64,000 nt of DNA from Phoronis australis (lineage: Eukaryota; Animalia; Phoronida), in the NCBI GenBank assembly GCA_002633005.1, contig NMRA01000120.1, forward strand, positions 253,056-317,055, written 5' to 3'. Shown here in pieces: positions 35,181 to 48,500 of this stretch. Each line of letters begins with the position of its first letter. Position 1 is the first letter of the stretch. The position numbers and the translations under genes are program-made. The notes beneath the pieces were generated by a model. The model was not told the DNA's origin. It worked only from the letters and a program-made list of their open reading frames with translations, and did no database searches.

Positions 35181-38100
35181 CGGCACATAAATATAAAACA
35201 TGTTTTTATAATCCCTGATCTTTTTTTCAGAAAAGCATATACTTTTACTAATTGACAAGGCCTGGTTTTTTGATACACAAGTTAGAGTGGAGGACTTTAA
35301 ATAAGGTGTAAGATAATCTTAACTTGTGTCTTACTCGAATTAAAGATGTTTCGGTGAACTTGGGAAGAGCCGACAGTTCATTATTTCTTGAGGTCTGGCA
35401 GTGTCATATTAGGTGAAGTCATTGTATGGTCTCAAGAGCACTTTTGTGCCTATCTCACCTGTGCCATGTCTGGTTGCTGTACAGAACTGTGTAGTATCAC
35501 ATTGCTTTGAAAACTGTATCCATACTATGCTTGTCCTGCTTGTTATTTCGTATATGGAGTGGGCCCAAGGCCTTTTGACTTATATTGAAGTTTTGATTGA
35601 ACTGAAAAGAAGATATGTTATAAAACTGACTGTAATTTTAAGCTCTGTGAATTTGAGAAGTCTTGACAAAATGACTTTTCAAACATGCACAAAAGTCTAC
35701 CCGTGTTCATTTTCTCATGTTTATTCCCTCTGATACTTGGGGCTATGATTTTACCCACAAATCACATCTTTGATATGGATATGTTCGTTCTTACCACAAA
35801 ACTGCCCTGATGGATATGCAAGTAGCTGCATAGCTTATCGGCAATTATTTGGACAGGGGGTGACACGCTCTCTGCGTCTTTTCAGTGTGTAAGAATGCTT
35901 TAAAGAAATAGGGTGAATCGTCCATTGTTTTACCCCATAGAGGAGTGTGTGACGCATGCGTAGGTCTTGTTTGTCGATTTTGTTTCCTTGGTAGACAGTA
36001 AGTGTTTGTTTTAGATTTATGAAGCATAATCCTATCAAGTGATAAACGCATGGGTAAGATTGATTTCGTTCGCGCAATCATGCCACTCCTACTGGTGTGA
36101 AATTCAGTTTGTTTTCACGAGGAGTTTTATCCACGCAAGCATTGTGATTCACTCGCGTAACATTACTTCGCAATACATAATTGGCGAACATGTCTTATCA
36201 AAAGTGAATCCCTTAGTGTAATGCGCTGATGTATTCCCAGCGTCCTCTGCACAAACACACGGCGTTATCTATTGTCAAATATTGCCAGGCAAATCCTCGA
36301 CAACTGGGGAATCTTCAGGTCGGCCTTCAGTCCTGCCGAATGTCTCAGTTAACATCTGAAGCCAGGTCGCGTTTAACCTCTTGAATAGCGTGCTGTGGTC
36401 ATTTCAGTGTAGCCGACTTTTGCCAGTCGATGTAAGTCTGCCATTTTTGTCTTTATTATTAACTTAGTATAGTTAACTGGAATTTAAGAGTTGAGTATCG
36501 GCGCTTGATCGCCATACTGTAACCTTCATTGTTCGGCCGTTGCATTTCGCCAATATTTAGATGACTAAAAAACGAAAATCCGGAGTAGCTAAGCCTTTTA
36601 TTGTCATAAAATCAGGTTTATTATATTCCAAACTACGCTACGATTCATTTTCCGCTATGATCAAGAACATCGGAAACTATCAATACTGAAAAAGTTCAGA
36701 ATTTATTCGGATTGATGGCTCACCGTAAAACTGCAAATTCAAAACTGACGCATGTGCGCTCGTATTCTCTTTGACATGAGTTGGTAACAGAAAGGGAGTC
36801 GTATCACGTTAAGGAGTATTATCAGACCGATTTGATGAGAGTGAAATGTCAAATTCGATTTTCGTTTTCTAGTCGTCAAGTAGGGAGAAAGAGGTTTAGG
36901 TACACTAGAGGGTTGACTGCCAGTGTGGTTCTAAGCATGAATCCGGCCTTTTCAATGCTTTTCATTTCGTTTACGTTATTGGTAATGTCTAGACTCTTAC
37001 AAAGAAATTTCAGCTACAAGTTGTTGCTGAAATGTAACACGTTTTATGTTACGTCTTTGAAGGTTATTTCAGTGAGGCGTCTGAAACGCTGTGGTCTGTT
37101 TCTCTGACAAATTTACGTCAGTTGTATCGCTACTGTTATAAAAGGCTTGTAAGACAAGTTTTTATATGTTGTGTGAAATTTGTTTAAGCCATATTTTACA
37201 TAGACGGATTTAGGGTGGGGGAGGGGGGCGGGGNNNNNNNNNNNNNNNNNNNNNNNNNNNNNNNNNNNNNNNNNNNNNNNNNNNNNNNNNNNNNNNNNNN
37301 NNNNNNNNNNNNNNNNNNNNNNNNNNNNNNNNNNNNNNNNNNNNNNNNNNNNNNNNNNNNNNNNNNNNNNNNNNNNNNNNNNNNNNNNNNNNNNNNNNNN
37401 NNNNNNNNNNNNNNNNNNNNNNNNNNNNNNNNNNNNNNNNNNNNNNNNNNNNNNNNNNNNNNNNNNNNNNNNNNNNNNNNNNNNNNNNNNNNNNNNNNNN
37501 NNNNNNNNNNNNNNNNNNNNNNNNNNNNNNNNNNNNNNNNNNNNNNNNNNNNNNNNNNNNNNNNNNNNNNNNNNNNNNNNNNNNNNNNNNNNNNNNNNNN
37601 NNNNNNNNNNNNNNNNNNNNNNNNNNNNNNNNNNNNNNNNNNNNNNNNNNNNNNNNNNNNNNNNGAGTTTTACTGTATTTTTAAAGTCATGACTATGACT
37701 AGAAATTAACGCGTGCAGCACAGGATAATGCGTAGCCAACTAATTTTCAAATTAGCCCATTTTCACTGGCAGGGATAATCGAATATTTTATTCCATCATT
37801 AAACATCATAAGTTTTGGCTTGTACATTTCCAATTTTCCCTTCGGAAGGTCGAAAGGCTTCATAGTGAGTCTGATTATGGCGAATACAAAAAATTATGTT
37901 AACTGCTGTGAGCAAATTTCTAGTAATTGTTCATTCGAATCATGAATGACCGATACACAAAGTTCACCAGGATATACTGATTAAAGACCTACTTTAATTC
38001 CAACAGTGAGCACATTTTGCTCGGTGTAAGTATCGGCCGCCTTGATAAAACCACTAATTCGACGTTGTTAAGCCTTCAACGCTGAATTCTTATCCAAAGC

Positions 38101-39487
38101 GCTTTGGCGTAAAGATGATTAAAAACATTACCACGCTCATCCAATTTTGAATTGTTGCCGAATGATCCGGCAGCTCAAGCCACATGCGGTGCCTTACATT
38201 TTCGAATTCGCTATTTTAGGGTGGGACAACCACAAGAAACTGGAGCGTTCTCTTGAATAGATGATGGTTTCGATGCTGTTGTTTGTAACTGTAATAGAAT
38301 CCTATCACGTGAGACCGATTTAAATGAGAGTTAAAGGCCTAATTCGATTTTCTTTTTTTAGCATGCAGCTAAACGAGGGGAAAGGCAACTATTTTATACT
38401 GTTCTTAACGCTTCAATGTTCCGTTTACATAAGGCGGGGTGGGTCTAATTCGTTACTCTCGTTATTTAGTGACTTCGCTTGTAGAACTAAAATACCGGTA
38501 CCTGAAGCAAGTCACAAAAATAAGTTGTTTAAATAGCACGGTAGTGGAGTTTCCGGCAAGTAGAGTTCCCTCGAGACAGTGAGTTATTTGTTCTACTGAT
38601 AGCCTCTGGCACGCTATGACGAAATCAACTGTCTCTATCTCTCTCGTTGTTGAAAGTGTAAGAATTTCCCTTTTTGTGGACCATTGTCCTCTTGCGCCCC
38701 GTAAATTTGTTACTTCGATCTGTCTATCACAAATAACACTGTTCAGTGATCAGTAGCCTAAGGAAAACGACGGTGTACGTTGGCGCTTAATTTATTGCTT
38801 AATGATTCAAATACATTTTAGCTTATACAAGTGGACATCGTTTTTATAATCATAAAAATGTTTGATCTAGGTGTTATGACCACACCATAAGTCTGTCGTT
38901 CCATGTACCCTGTTTGTTTAGTTCCCCGTTTAAAGTCTCTCACAGAGTACACAAAATTATCGGTCACCTAAGTCAACACACTGTAGACTAAAACAAACCA
39001 TAGCGTTTTACATAATATCAACACCCGAGATTAGTTCTTACGCTAATGTTTTTGAACAGATGTTAATTGCACCTACGCGGAGTTATTTTCAGAAATCAGC
39101 CGTGACGTCATTGGTGCCCAGACATTCGCCGCGATTTCTGTCTCCTCGGGTGCCTGTGTGCTAGACCACAAGAATATTATACTGTTTGCACTGATCAAGG
39201 AAATAATACGATTGGCACACGACCCTCGGGAATTCCATCCTAAGGGAAACACTACAGGTATGCAGTAGAGATGAATGGAAACGACGTTTCTGAAATGTCA
39301 GATATGTTTTAACTCGAATTTCACAAGCATAACGATTGTTTTACCGTTTCTAAAACATCTGCCGACTGTGTTTCAGTGTACTTGGGCCACCTGCTTGATG
39401 CAACTACCGCGATGTAAGTTTTGGTATCACTATAGAAACGCTAAGTGACATCTTCATCATATAGAGGGACAACAGAAGCGAGAAGAA

Positions 39488-39544
39488 ATGAAACGGAGGC
39501 GGCACTCGTTTAAAACGCCTCGTTCGCACACGTATGAATCGACG
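39488..39544 (+). CDS. Probable first coding exon of the uncharacterised gene
   Basis: ATG...MKRRRHSFKTPRSHTYEST, then a GTAAGC donor in phase 0 that matches the acceptor at 41712. A CRE palindrome TGACGTCA followed by TTGG lies upstream at 39103-39114. Confidence 0.45.
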
Positions 39545-41711
39545 GTAAGCAACCATGTTGTCTTGATGGCTATTAGGCCTATAAATACTCTTCCACTAGA
39601 GAATCTTAGTCATTCGATCCGGCTAAGCAGCGAGACCAAATAAAATTAAAGGAATAGATCTGTTAAAACAAAAGATTTAGGTTCGCGCGATAAGTGGGAA
39701 AGTATGTGGGCATGCAACCAAGTGCCCTTAATGATCAGGTACTGCTATACCCAGGGAAAAATGTCCTGTTAAGGTTAAACGCATCCGAGTAGTCAGTTTT
39801 GATGAAAGGAATCATGTGCTGTTGACGACTGAAGTTGTGGTGGAATGTTTGTAACAAGCAGGATCGTTCTGGGGACGAAAACCTGCCGTAGAGGTCTACT
39901 ATTCGTGTAGGCCTACCTCCTGAGTTTTATGGTTTTTGTCAGTCAGACCAAACTGGACTAATTTGCTGTTTAATTGAAAAATTTCTATGTCCAGTTATTT
40001 TTGTCTAAGATTTATTTTTTATGTTCGGTGACTTGCCAACGAATCCGCTTTCAGTTGCGTCAAATTCCCTCGTTACAGACTGTATCCCTTTGGCTGTATA
40101 AACCGGCGTTGGCCAGTATCCTAGTTAATCCCGAGAGCTGCTAGATTTATTCTGTATTCAAGTCTAAAGGACAGAACAATAAAACTCGTATCATTCGTTT
40201 ATATTCGAAGTCCCCATATCACACTAGTTGGAGATATTTTCTCATTATCTGAGTAACCCGTCTATGCAAGTATTCCAGGTCGTAATTTATTCTGTATCTC
40301 TGTTCATTTATTAGTAGACATGAGATAAGCTTGTTCCGTCTGTTTACCTTGCACGATCGTTCGCCTTAGAACTGTCCCGGGATATAGTGGGATGTGCGGC
40401 AAAGCATCCGATTTACATTTTACTATTTGATTTAACGGTGGCGCGTTTATTAACCCCGAAGTGCGCGACGCAGGCATTTAAAGGGACTTTATCGGCGAGA
40501 AAAGTGATTAGGCCAAAAAAGTATAATTGCTTCTGATCTCTGTTTTTTGAAAGCCAAGTCGGTGTTGTATTATTTTTAGCTGCTCACTTTTTGAAAAATA
40601 GAAAATGATGTGTTTTTTTACTCATAGCCTAGCAAATTGTGGGGTTTCCAACCTTGCTTATCCTTGTTTACGTGCCTTGTGCAGCTTTTCAAAAAAAGAA
40701 ATCACGAAACCATGGCTGAAATTGATACGGGCGGGCGTTTATTTTTTAGTGGACGGGTACAGGTTTCAAAATGTGTCGGGTAAAGACCTAAACCAATTTC
40801 GCTTTTTTGAGCTTAATATCTGTAATCAACCTCAGCGCAGAATCGAACCTGGTTGTCCATGTATTTCTTTTTATGCTTTGGTATATATTTGGTGTCAACC
40901 TTGACGTTAACGTCGTTGAATCTTAGTGTTTTTCACCAATTTTGATTCAGATTGAATTGTTTGGAATTGCATTTAGACAAGATTTAAGGATTTGCACAAT
41001 TTTTCCCACAAACACTTTCATGTAATTGACGTTCGATTACCAATGTCTCAAACCTTTCTGGGACGCTGATTAAATTATATTCCGAAATTATCTTGGTTCA
41101 TTTCGATGTATAATGCACGGACTAGGAAACCGATTTAATTAGATTTTTTATGGTCTCCGGTTCAGTAATTTTTAGTTGATAACATTTCCCATGAAAGGTA
41201 GCTTTTCACTTCAATTTTAAAGTCGACCAGTTTAGCGGTCAAATTGTTTTTCCGAGTGAGGCTTTTTCAACTTAGCACCGATTTTTTTTCAAACTAAGCA
41301 ACATTTAATGCAGAATTTCGGAGGGAAATGTTTTTATGACGCACCACGCAAATTAAAGGGTAATTTGAATTACACCAAACTTCACTTTTTACGAACTTAG
41401 AAAACTGATGGTAAGAAAACGCAAAAACTATACTGAGGTCTAATTTTCGAAGTGTTCCAGTTTTAGTGATTTGTGGTTATAGTGACAGTTACTGTCGGGT
41501 TTTTGGCATTTTGCAAACGTGCAACATAAAGTCGCATTCTCCAAAGCGTCACTTGACGCGTACCATAGACATCACATAGTATTAAATATGTCTATGGATG
41601 GTACTTTGTATGTGCATCACATAAATGATACAGGAGAGGAGAAAGAACAATATTTTAAAGACGGAGTTGCGTTCAGTGCATCTCAAGTATTTCGTGTTCT
41701 GTTCTTTTTAG

Positions 41712-42824
41712 TTCCAGTGGTGTCAACAGAAGGCGCTCTCGTTACATCTTAACAGCCCTGCCTACGACCAACCTGTCCGCCTTTCTGGATCACCACACAC
41801 GTACATGACGAGGGCAAAGACATTGGGAGAAATTCAAAAATCTAAGACAGTGTCATTTAATATCAACGGAGAAGAACAGCTGAGATCTCGAATAATCTCA
41901 ACAGCACCATCTACTAAGCGAACCTCGAGCAATCGAATTCTTTCAAGGGATCTGAGCCGCTCCAGTTGTGAGGAGAAAGTTTTGCCTATGACCCAAGACA
42001 GTAACGCTGGAAGCGAGCTCCAAAATACGAACGATGAGCACGTTCAAAACTCTTGGACACCCCGCCACGGAACAAAAGGGATAAGCAAAAGCGTGGACAA
42101 TTTGAGTACGAAAATTAATAAAGGCGCTTTAGCGAGCTACAACCCCCGTATTATTTTACCGGAAGTCAAGAAAAAAATTACAATTTCAAAAGCTGAACAA
42201 AACGAGACTAGCAGCGACCTTGCCGGTGTGGTGAGGGACGATGCAAGCGTTGTTGCGTTATCTAGCCCTTCGTCAGCGGAGTGCGACGACGTGGGAATAG
42301 TCCGCCACAGAAAGAGGCTGAGTTCAGCGGAACTATGTGAAGTTCTGAAGTCCAAGGGATTTGGAGACCCTAAATGCAATAGACAGTGCGTGGGCCCTGA
42401 ACTAACCCTGGCACGAGAAAAATCGTTGCCAAATATTCACTTGTCCACTCATGATAGATATAGGTTGTTCAATTTGTCGCATATGAACAAAATGAAAGGT
42501 TTGGCAAAAATGGACTATGAATTGGCGACATCGAAAGCAAATGCTTTCTGCGAAATGCAAAGAAATAACCAAATGCGCTCAGCCTCAGCCAATTGGCGGA
42601 AGATACACCATCGGGTAGCTGATGCTAACTTTGAGGACGGAGATGTCCGGACGAACTCCAGCCATGGCGATGAGCGACTGACTCAAGAGACTAACGCGGC
42701 TCAAGCCGATGAACATTTCTTCACGCGAATTAAAACCTGGATTTGTGATGTAGAAAGTGCCAGTAAAGATGCTCAGCACAAGCTGGAAGCTATGCAGAAC
42801 CACGATCGAAATTCAAACATCTAA
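41712..42824 (+). CDS. Uncharacterised, mostly low-complexity protein; large terminal exon (first in-exon ATG at 41805)
   Basis: 339-aa ORF 41805..42824 in AT-rich DNA. The frame stays open back to 41712, right after a TTCTTTTTAG acceptor. No recognisable domain. Confidence 0.75.
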   Translation, partial: FQWCQQKALSLHLNSPAYDQPVRLSGSPHTYMTRAKTLGEIQKSKTVSFNINGEEQLRSRIISTAPSTKRTSSNRILSRDLSRSSCEEKVLPMTQDSNAGSELQNTNDEHVQNSWTPRHGTKGISKSVDNLSTKINKGALASYNPRIILPEVKKKITISKAEQNETSSDLAGVVRDDASVVALSSPSSAECDDVGIVRHRKRLSSAELCEVLKSKGFGDPKCNRQCVGPELTLAREKSLPNIHLSTHDRYRLFNLSHMNKMKGLAKMDYELATSKANAFCEMQRNNQMRSASANWRKIHHRVADANFEDGDVRTNSSHGDERLTQETNAAQADEHFFTRIKTWICDVESASKDAQHKLEAMQNHDRNSNI

Positions 42825-43059
42825 CTGCAGTTTTATGTCCATGAAGAACAATTTAAAATACTGTAGTGTCTGTGATACGTAAACGTATTTAGAAGTATTT
42901 CATTTTTATGCCGGTTTTAAGAGACATTATTGGCGAGTCAGTGAAGCAACTTTCTAAAAATCATCCCCAGCGAGGATTCGAACGTGGAACCTTCAATAAC
43001 ATCATCAAATTTTAGATCAAGTTTGTGTCTAATACTGGAATTAAAACTTACAAAAATTA

Positions 43060-43680
43060 GCGACGTTGCGTCCGCATCTCACGGACTTCAGCTTGGTTTG
43101 TGACGTTTTCGTTATTCTGGCCAATCAGTGGCGTTTTGGCTAAACGGCGCGGCATTGACGTCAGTGCACCATCCCATACGTGTGACAAATAGAATCGTAA
43201 ACCGCCTCTTTTATTTAAAGAGGGACTCTCAATGCGCTCATGGAGAGCTTCCTTTACGCCCCCTTTGAACTAGTCTTCCTCACAGTCTAAGATAGTAATA
43301 TCATCCGTATTGGAATCATGTCCAGTAGCGCACATGTGGCTGAAAATACCGTGTCCACGTAACTAGGGCGACAATATGTTGTGAGATACGCATTTTTATG
43401 GACTGTTTCGTTTCACCAATGCAACTGTCTGAGCACTGTGGATCCTTACACCTGACACCATAGACAACACGTGATTTATTCACCTTAGGGGTCTTGTCCT
43501 TGACATTAACCAGTTGGCTGCGGAGAGAATTAAAAGGGTTTGTGGATAATAGAAATGTCAAACTGTTTAAATGTCCTCTTGAGGCGGTCAGACAGGTCCT
43601 GGACGTAAGGAATCACCACACAAGTAGGTGAACTAACAGTAGGGGTTGTCTGAGTGTTTATTTTTCTCCTCTCTGAGTAT
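43060..43680 (-). mobile_element. Penelope-like retroelement 3' fragment (linker plus GIY-YIG endonuclease, pseudogenised) with hammerhead-like tail
   Basis: Across frameshifts and a stop: VVIPYVQDLSDRLKRTF..KPF/NSLRSQLVNVKDK..VVYGVRCKD..CSDSCIGETKQSIKMRISQH...GHDS..ITILDCEED*FKGGVKEA..PSLNKRGG. Confidence 0.85.
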
Positions 43681-43959
43681 AGTTTTTAATGACGCTAATT
43701 TTGTGTCAGATTTTATCTTACCACTTTTTTACCCACATCGGTACAAAGTTATATATTTAATATACAGCTTTGTACCAAGGCTATCAGTTAGCTGTGCAGA
43801 GTCTGCAAATTATCCGTTACTCGTTTTTTGTAATTACAGTCAACTTGGGCATTTTTTCCAACCTCTGTGCCTTGAAAAATGAGAAACTTTGGCATACCTT
43901 GTATACAAAATATACATCACTTGTTCCCGGCGTTCACATTCTTGAGTATTTTTGTGAAT

Positions 43960-44690
43960 ACTTTTGGGGCACCCTGCATCTACAGTCCGTAATTGGGTAA
44001 TGTTCTAAAATTCACCCCATAGTGTCGACACCCAACGAAGATAAACTCTCAGAAAGTAAGGTAAATGATTCGTCAATAGAGGTCTCTTTTATCGCCGAAC
44101 CATTTTATAAGCCCCTGTCTTTTTATGAGACAACGCACTCGGCCTTGCTCTTTTCCTGAAAACTATATTAAAGTATAGTGGAAATTTTGGGGTTGTTCCA
44201 AAGAAATGTTCATAGTATATCTGGTTACTGGGAACTCATTGTGCTTTTCGTATTACAGGAGACCAGTTTGCCCTGTTTGATTCTAATCTACAGAGAACAA
44301 ATGTTTTCTAGCTTCGCGCCAAACGCAACCAGTTGTACAGTTTGAGCGGAGATATCCAGAATCTATTTTTTAAATGAACTGATGGACCAAGGCGGAGCAC
44401 AGTTAAAACAAATCTTTCTATGTTTTCCGCAGTTGAAACTGATTTCAAGCATGAAATAATTGAATGAATAGTGCTCCTTCTGTGAAGCACGCGGAGTTTG
44501 TAAGGCAGTCAGCTGTGCAGGCTGGAAAAATCCGTTCGTCGTTTGTCTGCTAAAATGAGTCATTTCTGTGCCTTGCAAAAGCAATTTGAGATCCATGAAA
44601 TACGAGAAACTCTGCTAGTAGTTCTCGGTAAAGCCCTTTTCTGGTATTCACGTTTCTGAATATTTTGTGAATATTTTTGGACACCCTATA
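43960..44690. mobile_element. Tc1/mariner-like ends (two copies of a CAGGGTG[T/C]CC-type TIR on the minus strand)
   Basis: TTTTGTGAATACTTTTGGGGCACCCTG (~43950-43976) and TTTTGTGAATATTTTTGGACACCCTA (~44663-44688). Confidence 0.35.
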
Positions 44691-44866
44691 AACATTGTTA
44701 AATAATTTTAAAAACATCAATGTAACCTTTACTTCTGTTTAGTAAGCTACACTGAACTTGTTACTCTTAAAGCTGCCATGAATATACATGTAAAGATGTC
44801 TTGTTGATATTTCATACCGCGGTTGCCTACTCTCTCGCTTTTCCCGTCTTTCACATGATCTTTGCA

Positions 44867-45126
44867 TGCGCCCACCCAGCCTAAAATATAGGGGGGCTCG
44901 AATTTCTCGGTATGGGGACCTTTTACTGAAGAAAGTCAACGAGGACAAAAAAACGGGGCCACCAGGTTCAGGCCTACGAATTGTGCATCTGCGCCGATTC
45001 GGTGTGTCCTTTGAGGTCTTTTGTGTCCTTTAATCAGACTTTTTTCACTGAGGCGGACCTTTTTGCCCAATTCGCCAAATTGGGGGGTTCGTTCGAGCCC
45101 CCCGAGCCCCCCTGGGTGCGCCCATA
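44867..45126. mobile_element. hAT-like MITE
   Basis: TGCGCCCACCCAG / CTGGGTGCGCCCA inverted ends; CTTTGCA direct repeat on both flanks. Confidence 0.6.
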
Positions 45127-45407
45127 CTTTGCACATCAAAAGCCATCTGACAAAATGCAGCTAAGCGTACTGCTGTCTGGTTGACAGCAAAGTTAAATCT
45201 GTTTGGACCCGTTATGCCCACCATGTCTTCTTTGACCCATTATGTCCACTTTTACTTGTAAGGTCCTTTTCGCCCTTTAAATCTACTTCCACCGATTAAG
45301 TTGGGTTTGATTAATTAGTTTAGTGTTAAAAATAAGTTGTATTTCACTAAGATGGATAAAAACGACCACTTTTTCCGTTATGATCAGTTATGCCAGAGTG
45401 GAAGTAA

Positions 45408-45515
45408 TGACCCATTATGTCCGTTTGACCCATTATGTCCGTTTGACCCATTATGTCCGTATGACCCATTATGTCCGTTTGACCCATTATGTCCGTATGA
45501 CCCATTATGTCCGTT
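45408..45515. repeat. 18-bp tandem repeat x6
   Basis: TGACCCATTATGTCCGT(T/A); isolated related copies at ~45205 and ~45233. Confidence 0.92.
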
Positions 45516-48500
45516 TTGAAAAGTTGAGTCCGTTGCTGTGTGAAGTCAATCTTTGAGCTTGGTCCCAAACATTAACGAGCTGTCAGTTCTTTTCAACTCA
45601 GAGGTTACCTATAATCTAAGCAAAGAACAAGTTCAGATCGATTTTATTACAATAGGTTGTCTAAACGATGCCATTGAAGGCAGATTTTTACAACTGATTA
45701 ATTAAAGAAGCGATATTAAAGTGATGAAATATTGACCATTGATATCGATGATAACCGGTGAATTAAAACTTTGCATGACCATACGTATGAAAACTATTCA
45801 CAGTATTGGACGCTTTGATTAAAAGTTGTTTAAAGGAATGTTTGAACTAAATTATTGTTTGCGAATGTTAAATGTAACTGACAACGAGCTGCTTCGCAAA
45901 GAAGTTAAGAAAAATAGTACAAAAACTTGCAGCGTCCTGAAGAAATCAAACACACTAAGTTTAACAAGTAAGTTCCCCAATAAGTTGAAACGTAAATTAA
46001 ATACCATATTTAATCTATGATTGAAGTTCCTGGAGTACTTCTTTCTGGAAAACATTGCAGTTAAGTAAATAGTTCTTGTTCATAAATGGCTAACTTTTTA
46101 CTATAGACCTCACTGTTAATTAATTTTCCAGCGGTACTTTTCTTGTATTTTGAAGTTTCTTGAGTAGTCTATATTAATAAGGGAATCTGGACAAAGATTG
46201 GTGCCTTCGTTATATTTTAAGCTTTTTGACTACAATAAATGATCCTGGCAAAGACTGATCTACTCAGATGCAAATTCTTAACATATCCTAGAAGGAAGCG
46301 AAAAATTAGGCATGCGTGGGAGTGGTCACTGTAAACGTATTTCCTGGGGATTTTTCCCGCGACACCCGGGCAGCGCTACCATGTGGTTGCGACAGAGCGA
46401 TTAGTCGAATGCCATGTACAGTGGCATTCTGGGTGAAACAGTTGGTAGCCTTCCAAAACACAGGGTTTCACAAAATACATGCAGTTCATGTTAGTGCTAA
46501 TTATTTGGCCTATATAGGTGGTTTTGATCTACGTTAGAGAAGAGGCGACAACAACTAATAATCATTAATCAAAATACCCTGGGCGACGAAAAAGAAATTA
46601 ATTTATTAATGCCATTACTCAATTAAGAAACAAAAACAGTTGAAAGAGTGTAATCAGAATTTGGCACAAAGTAGACCTTTTTTAAATATCTTCAGAAAAG
46701 TTGAAATTATTGTAGTGTACAACAATCGAGTAAAAAAGTAAGCAACCTTAAAAAGAAGTGAAGAACACCAAGGTTTGGCGGGAAGTGAACTGCATGATCT
46801 CTTGTCAATAAGGATTATTTAGAAATTATGTAGTATTAAAATAAGAAAGAACCAAGCGGGTCGATGAAAACAAATTAACTTATATGACCAAGTTAAGTTG
46901 TTCTTACCAGCAAGAAAGTTGTTTAATTTTATACTGACTCTGCATTGTACCTTACATTGACAGTGTTTAACTTTATACTGACTCTACATTGTACCTTACA
47001 TTGACAGTGTTTTTGAGAAGAATTGTCTCTGCTCTGCTCTCCATGCAACCAATAAATCTCCGTTGAAATTATCTTCATCAACGAAACAGCATAACTGGTG
47101 TCAAGTAAGGGCACGCACAATTTTACGACAGATACAGTCATGTTATTCAATCAAAATGCCGCGATCTTCCCCGAACAGTCGCTGAATAACCTATCCAAAG
47201 CGTTAGTGACGCTTGCTGATCTAGCAGACAATGTAAAAACTGCTCAAAATTCCGACAATGTTGCGAGGGAGTAAAATATCCGTTCACAAAATCAGGCATG
47301 CGCAGGGTTTCGTATATTTTTAAGGGCTCGAAAGGAAAACATTCACGATTAGACATTACTGATAACGTTTAATCTTCCCTCTAGCGCATGTGACAACGAC
47401 GTTTGAAAAATCTATAATCAAAGATGGATGTGAAATTAATATAAGCAGAATTATCTGTAAAAGTGCAGTTGAATACACTGCACTTGTCGTTATTAGCAAT
47501 CTTTATTCCTTTCCGTTCGTATCCTCGGAACGAAGTTCGACACTCAACAGAACATTGGTAAAGCAACTGACCAAGAGACATGATTAAAAGAACAAGATAT
47601 TTCGAAACATACTTGTTTCATTCTCAAGTGGAAATAAAATGACGCAGTAATACCACCACAGAGCAAAAGCTGGCGATATACACAGTGGGACACGGCAGGT
47701 GTGAAATACTGCAAAGAATGACAAATGAAGGGGGGCAACAGGAAAGTCACTCAAACAAGTGTAATGTGCGGCGCCACCCCGTTTGCTGCTCATTCAAAAC
47801 GGGCTTCTCAAATGCAACCGAAAAGGACTCCAATACTTTCAATCGCAGCACATCGTGCTCTACCGGTACCGAATTGACGTGTTTTCCACAATTTCTTGAA
47901 GGGTGATTTTGCGTTCGTGACATTGCAGAAAATGTTCCAGGACTCGGATGTCCGGCGATGTCACGAACGCGCTCTAAGTGCAAATAGAACATGTGTGCAG
48001 GGAAACCGAGTTTGGGCTACAATGCTGGGTCAAACTATACAGAAATGTGCAGCTGTAACTGCTGTACTAACATCAGTAACACTGACTGTATAACTTTGAA
48101 CAGTTCTTTGACAATGAAGATGAAGTGAACCGTAAATAGACCGCCAGCTTCTCCAACCCCGTTATTTCGTTATGCTTCTGTGTTAAAAAAGTGTGGGCTG
48201 GGAATTTTATTAGTTGATTTAGTCATAGAAAATACATATTTTGATCGTTGTCATGTATTTGTCTTAGACTGCTTGTTAGACACTGTCCGGCAGAATAACC
48301 TAGCATTGTCATACAGTCGATGTGCGCATTCACAGAGATCATTCAGCTTTTGTTGTTTTATTGTTCAGCATATTTCTGGTATATAATGCAAACAAATTGT
48401 ATTTTATTTCATTAATCAATGGTGCAGTCACTGACACCCCTATTTAACCACTCTTGAGTGTGCTGTGTAATTTTGCTTGTCAGACAATGCCATAACCTCA

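Noticed and set aside
37113-37739. Long ORFs of 164-208 aa
   Set aside because: They span the N gap 37234-37664; the ORFs across 7044-7210 are rejected for the same reason.
45323-45568. Repetitive ORFs (DPLCPF / THYVR / TDIMG)
   Set aside because: These are translations of the 18-bp tandem repeat, open in several frames.
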